In this document: positions 1 through 9,023 of the stretch, in pieces
Layout of the letters: each line of letters opens with the position of its first letter
How positions within the stretch are numbered: the stretch's first letter is position 1
NCBI GenBank assembly: GCA_965247975.1
Contig: OZ252050.1
Span: 420,555 to 484,554 of the forward strand
Direction: 5' to 3'
Source of the DNA: Crocinitomicaceae bacterium
Lineage (GTDB): Bacteria; Bacteroidota; Bacteroidia; Flavobacteriales_D; Crocinitomicaceae
DNA: 64,000 bases
Notes under the pieces: generated by a model
Database searches by the model: none
Seen by the model: only the letters and a program-made list of their open reading frames with translations
What the model was told of the DNA's origin: nothing
Program-made: the position numbers and the translations under genes

Positions 1-22
1 GGATGATGCGCAAAGACTAACA

Positions 23-883
23 ATGCGAAAGTTTTTGGATGAAAATTCCATCTATTTGGATAGCATACACATTCCTCAAAATCATACGGACACAATTTTA
101 AAGGCTTTAATTGCAGTATACAATGCGGTTGGTCTTCCCGCGCGAGACACAGTGGTAGACATGTATAATGTACACACGCTTAATATTCCAACATTAAATA
201 TGTTATTTCTTGAAGCCAGTAAAACCCTGTGGTGGATGGATTCATTACAAAATAACAATATTCCAACGGGTAATTTTTACATAGATAGCTTAATTTCAGC
301 ACACGCATTAAATTTAACGGGATATTATGAATTCGGTAATTTGTTTAGTTATCACCATGCAAGTTTTGTGTCAGATAGCAACTACAATTTATTCGCATTA
401 GCCGAAGCCTTTATGGAAGAACCATTGGTGTTTGGCGCTGGATTGAATGCACTTGTTTTCGATGGAGGAGACATTACCAGTTCGATTTTTCCTGATCATG
501 TAGAACTAACCTATTCAATTGCATGGGGAGATTGTCTTTCAGGTTGCATTTATAGCAGGTTTTGGAAGTTTAAGGTCTATTTTGATTGTTCTGTTGAATA
601 TGTTGGCAGTTACGGTTCACTAATTACCAATCTTGGCATGGAGGAGCAAGTTGATGGTGCCAACATCCATGTTCATCCAAATCCAATCCAAGACGAATTT
701 TTTATAGCGAATATTTCAGAACCTGTTGTTTTGGAAATTTATAACCCCATGGGTCAGCTAATTTTTAGCGATAAATCTTATGCCGGAAGCGCCATTTCTA
801 TAGAAAATCAACTTTCAGGAATTTATGTAGTTCGAATTTCAACGGAGTTATTCACCACATCCAAGAAGTTTGTTAAATTGTAA
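23..883 (+). CDS. T9SS type A C-terminal sorting domain protein, probably 5'-truncated by the window edge
   Basis: C-terminal HVHPNPIQDEF...IYNPMGQL...LSGIYVVRI...KKFVKL matches the T9SS CTD pattern; the frame is open from position 2, so the true start is likely upstream. Confidence 0.75.
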   Translation: MRKFLDENSIYLDSIHIPQNHTDTILKALIAVYNAVGLPARDTVVDMYNVHTLNIPTLNMLFLEASKTLWWMDSLQNNNIPTGNFYIDSLISAHALNLTGYYEFGNLFSYHHASFVSDSNYNLFALAEAFMEEPLVFGAGLNALVFDGGDITSSIFPDHVELTYSIAWGDCLSGCIYSRFWKFKVYFDCSVEYVGSYGSLITNLGMEEQVDGANIHVHPNPIQDEFFIANISEPVVLEIYNPMGQLIFSDKSYAGSAISIENQLSGIYVVRISTELFTTSKKFVKL

Positions 884-1030
884 GAGCAGTTCTGAGCAGG
901 GCACTTTACGTTAAAATACTTGACAATGTGATGACTAGATTTTATCCATGAAGCCTTACAAAAAGTTTATGTTCATGTCAGTTTTAAACATGCATAAGAA
1001 CCATGAGAAGAAAACCCCAATACGCGAAAG

Positions 1031-1088
1031 GGGGAAATTTCCCCGGGTGTGGGAGGGGGAATTTCCTCCAAAAAAAGGGGAAATTTCC
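1031..1088. repeat. Three copies of a palindromic GGGG(A/G)AATTTCC motif
   Basis: GGGGAAATTTCC at 1031-1042, GGGGGAATTTCC at 1055-1066, GGGGAAATTTCC at 1077-1088; the core GGAAATTTCC is a perfect palindrome. Confidence 0.8.
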
Positions 1089-1417
1089 TGTAGTGAATGT
1101 GATTTTTTATTTAATATATTTGGAAAGGCGCAAAAGGTTGAATTTGTTTGAAGCGTTTACAACTGATTACATCAGCTATTTAATTGATTTTTAATTAGGT
1201 GTGTATGTGAAAAAATGAGAAGATTGACAAGTTGGAGGGGAGTTGCGTGTATGAATGAGTTGTAGTTAAAGCACTAAAAAATACTAATTGAAACCAATAC
1301 TAAAATGACGAAAAATTATCATGAAACTAATTCTTATAGTGTAAAGCAAAGATATCAAGGATGTGGTTTTTTGGCTTATTTTGTGGGATGGATAATTGAG
1401 TGGTCCGTAATTAGAGA

Positions 1418-2191
1418 ATGAAAATTAAACAAGAAGACCATATTGAATTAGTAAATAATGGTGAGTTTCAGACTCACGGTTATCAGTACACGATTATGTA
1501 TATGTCAAGGATTCACTCTCAGGCAGAGTTTCTATTTGCAAAAGTTTTAGCATTAAGAGGGAACTTATACTCAAATTATGAAACTTCTGAAATTGTTGAG
1601 GCATTTACTGTAAAGACAATTTGTGATTGGGAATGGTATATTGAAAAAATGATTTGTGAATGCCTTAATGTTGACACCAGCCAACTATCAAAAGAACTTG
1701 ATTTGAAACTTCCACTAAAGATAACAATCGATGAATGTATTGGCTATTTGAATGGATTAGGTTATTTTGATTTAAAAAGTGTAGGAAATCTAAAAGCAAT
1801 AAGTAAAAAAGTGCTAATAAATAACAAGAATCCTTTTCAAAAAATTAGTACCGAAGCAAAAAGTCATATTGACGATTTCTATGCATTAAGAAACTATGTA
1901 GCACATAAAAGCAACAAATCAAAACGTACCCTTTTAAAGGTCTATGAGAAGTATGATCAAAATGACTTTATTGAGGTTGGCGAATTTCTATTAGATAAAA
2001 CCAACAAGAGTAATAATACTATTCGTTTTCAAGATTTTGGAGGTTCTTTTTGGTTGGCTGCTTTTAATATTATGGAATTCCTTTATCCAAAAACATATAA
2101 ATGGATTGTTCGAGATGAAAAGATTTATAATGAAAAGTGTCATTTTAGATTTCACTATTTAATGAAAATAAGTCCAAATGAACCAAAATAA
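1418..2191 (+). CDS. HEPN-domain protein (RiboL-PSP-HEPN/MAE_28990-like), putative RNase
   Basis: Helical protein with an RxxxxH motif (ALRNYVAHKS), upstream DWEWYIEK, YFDL and NPF segments and a downstream GEFL, as typical of this HEPN clade. Confidence 0.6.
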   Translation: MKIKQEDHIELVNNGEFQTHGYQYTIMYMSRIHSQAEFLFAKVLALRGNLYSNYETSEIVEAFTVKTICDWEWYIEKMICECLNVDTSQLSKELDLKLPLKITIDECIGYLNGLGYFDLKSVGNLKAISKKVLINNKNPFQKISTEAKSHIDDFYALRNYVAHKSNKSKRTLLKVYEKYDQNDFIEVGEFLLDKTNKSNNTIRFQDFGGSFWLAAFNIMEFLYPKTYKWIVRDEKIYNEKCHFRFHYLMKISPNEPK

Positions 2192-3212
2192 ACCACCAAA
2201 AGAATACGTAGAACTTCTTGAAAAAAGACTATATGTAAAAGAAGCCGGCATTGAAAATCGACTTAAAGAGGTTCAAGAAACAATCATTAATAATATTGAA
2301 CCAGGTAAAAAGAGGTTTCAGAAACTCTTGACAGAACTCGATAAAAAGTTTCCTCCAAAATCCGTTAAACGTGGAGCAGCAGACGGTTTAACTTATTTTC
2401 TATTTGATAGTGCATTTGAATTATATTTCATAGGAAACAACTCTGCATTATTTATTGAATTACAGGGTCTTCTTGAAAGGTTCTGTTTAAATAAGGCTTG
2501 TGACTTTATAGCAGTTGACGATGTGGCTCAATCAATATTAAAAGATTCGTTTTCCAAGAAAACATTAAATGATGTAGCTGAGTATTTCAAGATTATTTCT
2601 CTTTGGAATGATGATGATGTTAGATTTGCAAAAAAATTGACACATATAAGAAATGGAATTGCTCACAAAAATGGAGAACTTGTGAGTAAGCATTTAGGAG
2701 ACGGCAAAAAATCTTTATTAACATCAATAGATGAGATAACACGCAATGCTGATTCAATCCCTTTTATAATTCATACAATTGAATTGATTATAAAAATTGC
2801 AGATGCATTACGTCCTACATTTTTCTCACATCCAAGGTTTAAAGGAAGACTTGAAGCATACTCCTCTGTAATTGGTTTAATTATGAATTTGTTTTGTGAT
2901 GGAGAATTTATTTCCTTACCAAATGAAGTTAAATTTACAATGCTGAATAGGATTTTTGGCAAGACTTCCTTACTTGGGTCGGAGAATTTACGTAATAGAA
3001 TTGGAGAATATAAAGAGAAAATCATTCCATTTCATGATTTTTTAGGAGTCGATGATGAAAAAGCTAAAGTCTTACATAAAGAACTTTGTGAACTAGCTGA
3101 TGTGATATTTGAGCAAATGAGAAAAGATATGGAGGTTGATGGAAAATCAGAAGTATTTCTCAAACCGGCTCCAATTAAAATAGATTTTGAGTTAATTAGA
3201 AAAACAAAATAA
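2178..3212 (+). CDS. HEPN-motif protein with an unrecognised C-terminal extension
   Basis: RxxxxH motif (HIRNGIAHKNG) after a helical LQGLLERF segment; overlaps the upstream gene by 14 bp. Confidence 0.55.
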   Translation: MNQNKPPKEYVELLEKRLYVKEAGIENRLKEVQETIINNIEPGKKRFQKLLTELDKKFPPKSVKRGAADGLTYFLFDSAFELYFIGNNSALFIELQGLLERFCLNKACDFIAVDDVAQSILKDSFSKKTLNDVAEYFKIISLWNDDDVRFAKKLTHIRNGIAHKNGELVSKHLGDGKKSLLTSIDEITRNADSIPFIIHTIELIIKIADALRPTFFSHPRFKGRLEAYSSVIGLIMNLFCDGEFISLPNEVKFTMLNRIFGKTSLLGSENLRNRIGEYKEKIIPFHDFLGVDDEKAKVLHKELCELADVIFEQMRKDMEVDGKSEVFLKPAPIKIDFELIRKTK

Positions 3213-3349
3213 CTGCGCACAAAAGCAGTTTGGCAAAATGGGGGTGTACTAAATTTGAGCATTGGAATTCAATTGAACTTTTGTGCTAAGATGAAAATTT
3301 GTCCTTCGATTTCCGCCACTTCGCAAAGCTGCAAACCTTTATGTGTAAT
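3213..3349. repeat. attC-like imperfect palindrome 1 (degenerate cassette recombination site)
   Basis: Starts right after the stop codon; GCAGTTTGGCAAAATGGGG pairs imperfectly with CCGCCACTTCGCAAAGCTGC; ends read GCACAAA and CTTTATG where AAC and GTT would be expected. Confidence 0.55.
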
Positions 3350-3411
3350 ACTTGAATAGTGCAGCCAACATCTAAAGAACATTGACAAATGCAAACAACC
3401 AATGATAGGAA

Positions 3412-4560
3412 ATGAACGAATTAAAAGAACACACGAAAAGATTATTATCACATCCTATTTTTCAACAGGCCTCAATAGCCACCGCAAAATATTTTCCAGA
3501 GCACATTGACGAAACGCTTAAAGAATACAGTAAAGTTCTAAATGACAAATTATTTTGGGAAGCATTTTACAAAACTCATTATCCTAATCAACCTGTAGAA
3601 TACACTTATTTTTCTGAAATTATTGATGAGTTTTCTGTTTATATAAATAAAAGTTTAGACGCATATTATTTAGGCAAACTAAATGAAGCTTATACCCATT
3701 TAAAAGACGGGCTAAATAAAATTCTCTTTGGGACATCAAAACTTTTTAAGGAAGCAGTACTAATATTCCCGAAGAATACTCTGACTCTATATAGAATAAG
3801 AGTTAGACGAGATAGTGACCCAAGTGACTTTGGAAGAAAAGAAATATTTCACATACCATTTCAGAAAAGAGGTTTGGTGTCGACACAACGATATAGTATT
3901 CCAGGACATCCTTGCTTATATTTTGGAAATTCCATTTTTGTTTGCTGGACAGAAATAAATCAGCCACCTCTAAAAGACATTTATGCAAGTAAATTTGTGA
4001 ACAATGAAACTCTAAAATTAATTGAAATCAAATCAGTATATGAGTTATTAGAGGAAATAAAATTACTGGAGGGAGCCGAATTATCTTCTGCTATATTTAG
4101 GTTTATACTTTTTTATCCTTTGACTGTAGCAGCATCAATTAAAGTTACACGAAGGACAGACACCTTCAAACCTGAATATATTATACCACAACTTTTTTTA
4201 CAATATATTCTTAATGAGAAAACCGAATTAGATGGCATAAAATATTTTTCAACTAGAATAGAAGCTGGAAAAACCGAAAATGTAGGGACAAGTAATTTTG
4301 TATTCCCATCACGAACAAATAAAAAAGAAGGATATTGCCCTAAGCTAATACATAACTTCAAATTAACTTTTCCTATTTTGTGGGAGTATGAAGAAATTAA
4401 TATTGGAAATGTTACATTTTGGGATAATGAACCAGACCACAAAAGGCAAATTGAACTTTACAAAGGCAGAAAAGTTCCTTATAATTGGACAACCTTTTCT
4501 GCTATTGAAAATGCATTAAGTTATGAATCGTTAGGACTAGAATTGTTAGCGGAAAAATGA
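3412..4560 (+). CDS. RES-domain protein (putative NAD+-degrading or toxin effector)
   Basis: RES signature: LYRIR, QRYSIPGHPCLY, VCWTE, PEYIIPQ, DGIKYFST. Confidence 0.75.
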   Translation: MNELKEHTKRLLSHPIFQQASIATAKYFPEHIDETLKEYSKVLNDKLFWEAFYKTHYPNQPVEYTYFSEIIDEFSVYINKSLDAYYLGKLNEAYTHLKDGLNKILFGTSKLFKEAVLIFPKNTLTLYRIRVRRDSDPSDFGRKEIFHIPFQKRGLVSTQRYSIPGHPCLYFGNSIFVCWTEINQPPLKDIYASKFVNNETLKLIEIKSVYELLEEIKLLEGAELSSAIFRFILFYPLTVAASIKVTRRTDTFKPEYIIPQLFLQYILNEKTELDGIKYFSTRIEAGKTENVGTSNFVFPSRTNKKEGYCPKLIHNFKLTFPILWEYEEINIGNVTFWDNEPDHKRQIELYKGRKVPYNWTTFSAIENALSYESLGLELLAEK

Positions 4561-4564
4561 TCAA

Positions 4565-4742
4565 ACATCACATAACGGAAAATACGGAGTTCCTGCAAGT
4601 CGCAAGCGAAATTTATCAGCGATATAAATTTTTTGTTGGCGCTTTCAAAAAAGGTAGTAACTATTTATTACGTTTGTGCCAGCAGAGATAGTAGTAAAAG
4701 TAAGTCTGCTTTCCTTTAGCTGTTAAACATTACCTGCAAGCT
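4565..4742. repeat. attC-like element 2 (degenerate)
   Basis: CACATAAC just after the RES stop codon and AAACATTACCTGCAAG just before the next gene, where a GTT core would be expected; inner sequence differs from element 1. Confidence 0.4.
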
Positions 4743-4754
4743 TTAACATACATT

Positions 4755-5165
4755 ATGCAAACAAAGAAAGTTGAAATAGAAGTTTACGACAAGAGAGAAA
4801 AACTGACAACCACAATTAAGGTTGAACAGGTTTCTGAGAATACTTTTCGAACGTCAGAAAATGAAATTTTCAATTGCAGGTTGACACTTGGGACTGAATT
4901 TAAAACTCGACTTAATAATGACGGGAAACACGAAATAATAAAAATCACAAAGGAATCAGATTTTGTAACAAGACGCTTTTTTTTAAATTCACAATTCAAA
5001 GAATCTGAATACAGACTTTTAGGTGATGAAATAATGAAACATGGTGGTTTTTGGCAAGTTGACTTTGGTGGCATTGCGACAATAAACTTGCCCAATGACT
5101 GCAAACTAAATATTGATGAAATCTTTAAGACTTTTGACTTTAATCCGACTGAAATAAAAGACTAA
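4755..5165 (+). CDS. Small hypothetical protein, weak DUF4265/immunity-protein-like resemblance
   Basis: 136-aa soluble ORF between attC-like elements; the segment ENTFRTSENEIFNCRLTLG resembles DUF4265 only by eye. Confidence 0.5.
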   Translation: MQTKKVEIEVYDKREKLTTTIKVEQVSENTFRTSENEIFNCRLTLGTEFKTRLNNDGKHEIIKITKESDFVTRRFFLNSQFKESEYRLLGDEIMKHGGFWQVDFGGIATINLPNDCKLNIDEIFKTFDFNPTEIKD

Positions 5166-5513
5166 ATGCTAGATCAAGACTTTTGTGAATACTTAGAATA
5201 TACAATCTGCAAAGCACTAGAGCATTTAGATAATGACCAAATTAGAGGCTTTTGGTGCGATGGTATTTTATTAAACCAACAAGACAACACCTATTCGCAA
5301 AAATTCGTAAACGACAACAAACAAATTATTCTTAAAGCATTTATTGGCAAAGACGGACAGACAGAATATGAATTGACCTTGAAATTTGGAAACAAAGCAT
5401 TAAGCAGATACACAAGAAACTTGGACATAAAAGGATGTGTTCCTAATACAGACAAGCAAAATTGGTTTGACATTGACACCAAGCGAAATAAAATTGAGAT
5501 ACAACTTGAATAA
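5166..5513 (+). CDS. Small acidic hypothetical protein
   Basis: 115-aa ORF starting immediately after the upstream stop codon (TAAATG). Confidence 0.6.
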   Translation: MLDQDFCEYLEYTICKALEHLDNDQIRGFWCDGILLNQQDNTYSQKFVNDNKQIILKAFIGKDGQTEYELTLKFGNKALSRYTRNLDIKGCVPNTDKQNWFDIDTKRNKIEIQLE

Positions 5514-5525
5514 CAACAAAAAGCC

Positions 5526-5655
5526 AGCTGTTAACAGGACATTGGCAATTGGGAGGCGTCTCCGCTTGACAGTTTTGTGGTAGCAGAAAGTTCAGTTCTC
5601 CGAACTAACTTTAGTGATGAAAAGTTCGTCCATCGCCAATCTGCAAACTCTTAAA
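5526..5655. repeat. attC-like imperfect palindrome 3 (degenerate)
   Basis: GCTGTTAACAGGACATTGGCAAT...CATCGCCAATCTGCAAACTCTTA directly after the stop of 5166-5513; same layout as element 1. Confidence 0.55.
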
Positions 5656-5760
5656 ACCACTTTTGTTCAATAACTCAATAATTTTTAGAATCATAATCTC
5701 ATCCCATTTCCATTGCCCCCCAAAAAGTTAACCTCTCTAAACCTCTAAATTAATTCTACT

Positions 5761-7068
5761 TTATCTCCCACCAGTCCCAAATTCAATCGTATACGGCACC
5801 ATTCCGTTACCGCCATCTTCTTTTGTTATTTGAGAGATCACAAGGTGATAATGTGTGTTTGGTTTCAATGCTTCCACTTCGAAGGAAAGCTGTTTTTTGT
5901 CAGCTGACCATCCAATGACTTTCTTTATTTTCAGTTTCTCGCCTTGAATGGCTTCATTATGACTAAAATTTCTCCAGCGGTTGCTCATTGGTTCAGAAAA
6001 CTCAAGGGTAATTACGTTTAATTGTGGCGAGACTTCATCACTCCCATTTTCAAACTCACCAATTCGTTTTACGGTGGGACACATCGATTCGTATTTGATT
6101 CCAATTTCACTCCATGTCAAAGGTAAAAACCCCGTGCCATCTAGGATTTTGCTAAACGCTGTATCATCGCTGTAATCAAGTTCAATGAGCTCCTTGATTG
6201 CTTTTTGTTTATCTATCGCGTTCGTGTAATGCCGTTCACAAACCTCATAGCCAATGTAATATCCAAGGTCTCTTTGAATCAATTCATTGGTATTCTCACT
6301 CCACATCCAATTTGCAACGTCATCGTTTCTGAAAATTTCAATCATGTATCTATCGAGTACTTTTTGTTGATTGTTCTTCCCAAATTTGACTGGCTCGGAC
6401 AGAGGTGCTTCTGCGATGAGCGTAGATATGAATTCTGCCACACCTTCTGCCACGCTTGCATGAATTATGCTTAAATCTTCCCAACGTTTTTGTTGTGTGT
6501 GTATGAGTTCATGCACGGAAATCAGCGGAATATTATAAGGCATAGATGTGACAATTGCCTCTTTGACTCCTGCAGGCAATTCACTTAGGTCGGAGTTCAT
6601 TTGCGCCAGTAAGTATTCTGCACCAAGAAGTACTTTATCTTCTTGATAGGTGCCGGAGCTTCTAAAAACGCCGATGGGAAAGTAAATAACGGTCGGTTTA
6701 AGCGCTGGATAAATGTTTCTCAATTTCGCGAAATAGTGCTCTATTTGTTCTTTGTGCGCTACAAGATTGTGTGTGTTTGGTCGAATTGAATTCCAGTATT
6801 TTGGGTATTTTAAAATCGCATCCACAAACTCATAATCCTTGTAGTTTCGAGCTGAAATCATTCCTTTGAGCCCATCTGTGCCTTTGTCAATATACAGCTC
6901 ATTGATGAGTTTGATTCTTTCTAAACTGTCTGAAGCTTCGGTGATTGCGTCATAGGCAATCCAAAAGTTGTCAAGGTCGGTAGTCACAATTTTAACTGTG
7001 GAATTTTGACCAAGAATGGAATTCCAGAAGGATAGAATGAGTATGGTTGAAATAAGTATTTTTTTCAT
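5761..7068 (-). CDS. Exported Zn-dependent peptidase (DUF2268-like) with a C-terminal Ig-like domain
   Basis: Signal peptide; HELIH (HExxH) plus downstream EGVAEF; C-terminal TLEFSEPM...LKPNTHYHLVI Big_5-like domain. Confidence 0.7.
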   Translation of the reverse strand: MKKILISTILILSFWNSILGQNSTVKIVTTDLDNFWIAYDAITEASDSLERIKLINELYIDKGTDGLKGMISARNYKDYEFVDAILKYPKYWNSIRPNTHNLVAHKEQIEHYFAKLRNIYPALKPTVIYFPIGVFRSSGTYQEDKVLLGAEYLLAQMNSDLSELPAGVKEAIVTSMPYNIPLISVHELIHTQQKRWEDLSIIHASVAEGVAEFISTLIAEAPLSEPVKFGKNNQQKVLDRYMIEIFRNDDVANWMWSENTNELIQRDLGYYIGYEVCERHYTNAIDKQKAIKELIELDYSDDTAFSKILDGTGFLPLTWSEIGIKYESMCPTVKRIGEFENGSDEVSPQLNVITLEFSEPMSNRWRNFSHNEAIQGEKLKIKKVIGWSADKKQLSFEVEALKPNTHYHLVISQITKEDGGNGMVPYTIEFGTGGR

Positions 7069-7177
7069 GATTTAATTTTTAAAAAAGAGACACCCTTACG
7101 AATGCCTCCTTAAACTAAATATAGATTGTACTGATTTAGAAACTCTAAAAGGTTATTTTAAGTGTTGATTAGTCTTT

Positions 7178-8359
7178 TTAAACACGTTTGAAACTTGAAA
7201 CGCCAGAAACTTCCTGATTTGTAATGGATGGCTTGCCTTTGCATTTTACATCACTGGCTCCGGAAACTTCTACATCTAAAGTATCGCTTACATTTATTTT
7301 CAAGTCGGAAGCTCCTGAGCAATCAACCACGGCATTTTTTACAGTTAACTCGTATGATTGTAATTCTGTTGCACCCGAACAATCCAATTCCATGTTTTTA
7401 CTTGTTCCTTTTAATTCAACTTCACTCGCACCAGAGGCGTCAATGTATAAATTTGTTGTTTCCAAATTGACATTCAACTCAGAAGCGCCTGATAAATCCA
7501 TTTTCAACGTTTCGGTTTGCAAGTCAATTTTTAACTCCGTAGCTCCTTGAGTGGTTATTTTTAAGTTATCACTTTTAATGGTGCCTTCACCAATAAGTTC
7601 GGTGGCTCCAGAACAGTGAATGCTCTTCAAATCTTTCACCGTTACGATCACTAAAACATTAATGTCGTGGTAACTTTTTCCTTTGGTATCAATGCCAATG
7701 TGCAGTGTCCCGCCTTGATTTTTGATGGTCAAGACCTCTTTGCCTTTTTCGTCGGCTTGCACAACAACATCGCATTTAGATCCTTGTTTTAATAGCACAT
7801 TCGCTATTCCAGAAGTGCTGATAGATGTAAATTCTCCATACTCTTTGTCGTCGAATTTTGCTAAATGAGCAGACTTGTCGATGTTGTCAAACATTCTACG
7901 CATCGGCATTTCTGGAAGGCTCGGAGCAGGAAACACAGGGGGTACAGCACCAACATTTGGTGGACCAGAAACATTTGGAGCACTAGGAAAACGAGCCGAA
8001 GTATCGTTGCTTTTCAAAGGATCTTTCGGTAAAACTCTGCCTTGGCTGTCCACCAATGTAATCGTTTTTAGCGCATTGTTGGGATAAGAATCTTTCGCCA
8101 ATAATGCACCATTTTGTTGGTTGTTTCCGTTGCCTCCGAACATAAAGAAAGCACCGATTCCTAAGCCTGTGGCTACTAATGTTGAATAAAACATAATTCC
8201 TAATTTTGAGGTAAATACTACTTTGAATTTTGTGAACAACCCAAGGAGTAGTGTTCCAAGTGTAGCATAGCCAATCCATTTCTGAATTTCTTGCACGCTT
8301 GTTTCCGGCGCTTCGTTCCGCGCTTTCTCAAACAAATTATTTAATGTATTTTCAGACAT
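7178..8359 (-). CDS. Membrane-anchored head-GIN (DUF2807) domain protein, putative anti-sigma factor
   Basis: Short N-terminal helix, hydrophobic segments, Pro-rich linker, repeated (S/Q)GA(S/T)E(L/V) beta-helix motifs; overlaps the ECF sigma gene by 8 bp. Confidence 0.65.
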   Translation of the reverse strand: MSENTLNNLFEKARNEAPETSVQEIQKWIGYATLGTLLLGLFTKFKVVFTSKLGIMFYSTLVATGLGIGAFFMFGGNGNNQQNGALLAKDSYPNNALKTITLVDSQGRVLPKDPLKSNDTSARFPSAPNVSGPPNVGAVPPVFPAPSLPEMPMRRMFDNIDKSAHLAKFDDKEYGEFTSISTSGIANVLLKQGSKCDVVVQADEKGKEVLTIKNQGGTLHIGIDTKGKSYHDINVLVIVTVKDLKSIHCSGATELIGEGTIKSDNLKITTQGATELKIDLQTETLKMDLSGASELNVNLETTNLYIDASGASEVELKGTSKNMELDCSGATELQSYELTVKNAVVDCSGASDLKINVSDTLDVEVSGASDVKCKGKPSITNQEVSGVSSFKRV

Positions 8360-8870
8360 ATTCTTTTTTCATTTCAATTTTTGGTTCGTCGCTTAACAAC
8401 TCCGCCAATGCTTGTCTTCCACGAGCCAATCGTTGTTTCACCGCCGATTCGCCTGTGTCTTGAATTTCAGCAACTTCCTTTACCGAAAATCCAGATATTT
8501 CATATAAAATCAATGCTTCACGTTGAGCTTCGGGCAACTTTGAAAGACCTTTGTACAAGTCACTAATTTCAAGTTGTTTTTCAGCTGTGTTGAGCGTTGA
8601 ACCGTTCTGATTATGTGTTTCATTCCAACTTTCTTCGCTCATTTTACGTTTTGCGTTTGAAAGAATTCGAATGCTTGTTCCGAATAAAAAGTACAGAAAT
8701 GCATCTTTGTTTTGGATGTTTTCAAATTTTTCGAAAGCAACTAAAACTGTTTCTTGCATCAAATCTTTAAAATCCATTTCACCATAAACCCTTGCTTTGC
8801 AGAAGCGTTCGAAGCGCGCATGTATGGGCCCATACAATGCCATGAATTCTTTTTTCTTTTTATTGCTCAT
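8352..8870 (-). CDS. ECF-type RNA polymerase sigma-70 factor
   Basis: DLMQETVLVAF (region 2), LSKLPEAQREALILYEISGFSVKEVAEI...VKQRLARGR (region 4). Confidence 0.92.
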   Translation of the reverse strand: MSNKKKKEFMALYGPIHARFERFCKARVYGEMDFKDLMQETVLVAFEKFENIQNKDAFLYFLFGTSIRILSNAKRKMSEESWNETHNQNGSTLNTAEKQLEISDLYKGLSKLPEAQREALILYEISGFSVKEVAEIQDTGESAVKQRLARGRQALAELLSDEPKIEMKKEYV

Positions 8871-9023
8871 TGAGTTTGTTCACACTAAGTTAGTGTAGTG
8901 ATTTTAAATTTGGTTACATCCTTCGCTAAAATAAATCTGTTAACATATGATTATTAGCATATATTATGTTTGTAATTCGTTAGTGAAGTTACACCATTTG
9001 GCATCAATAATGCCGTATTTTTT

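Noticed and set aside
948-1194. ORFs 948-1151 and 1003-1194 as genes
   Set aside because: Short overlapping ORFs that run through the GGAAATTTCC repeats, with no recognisable motif
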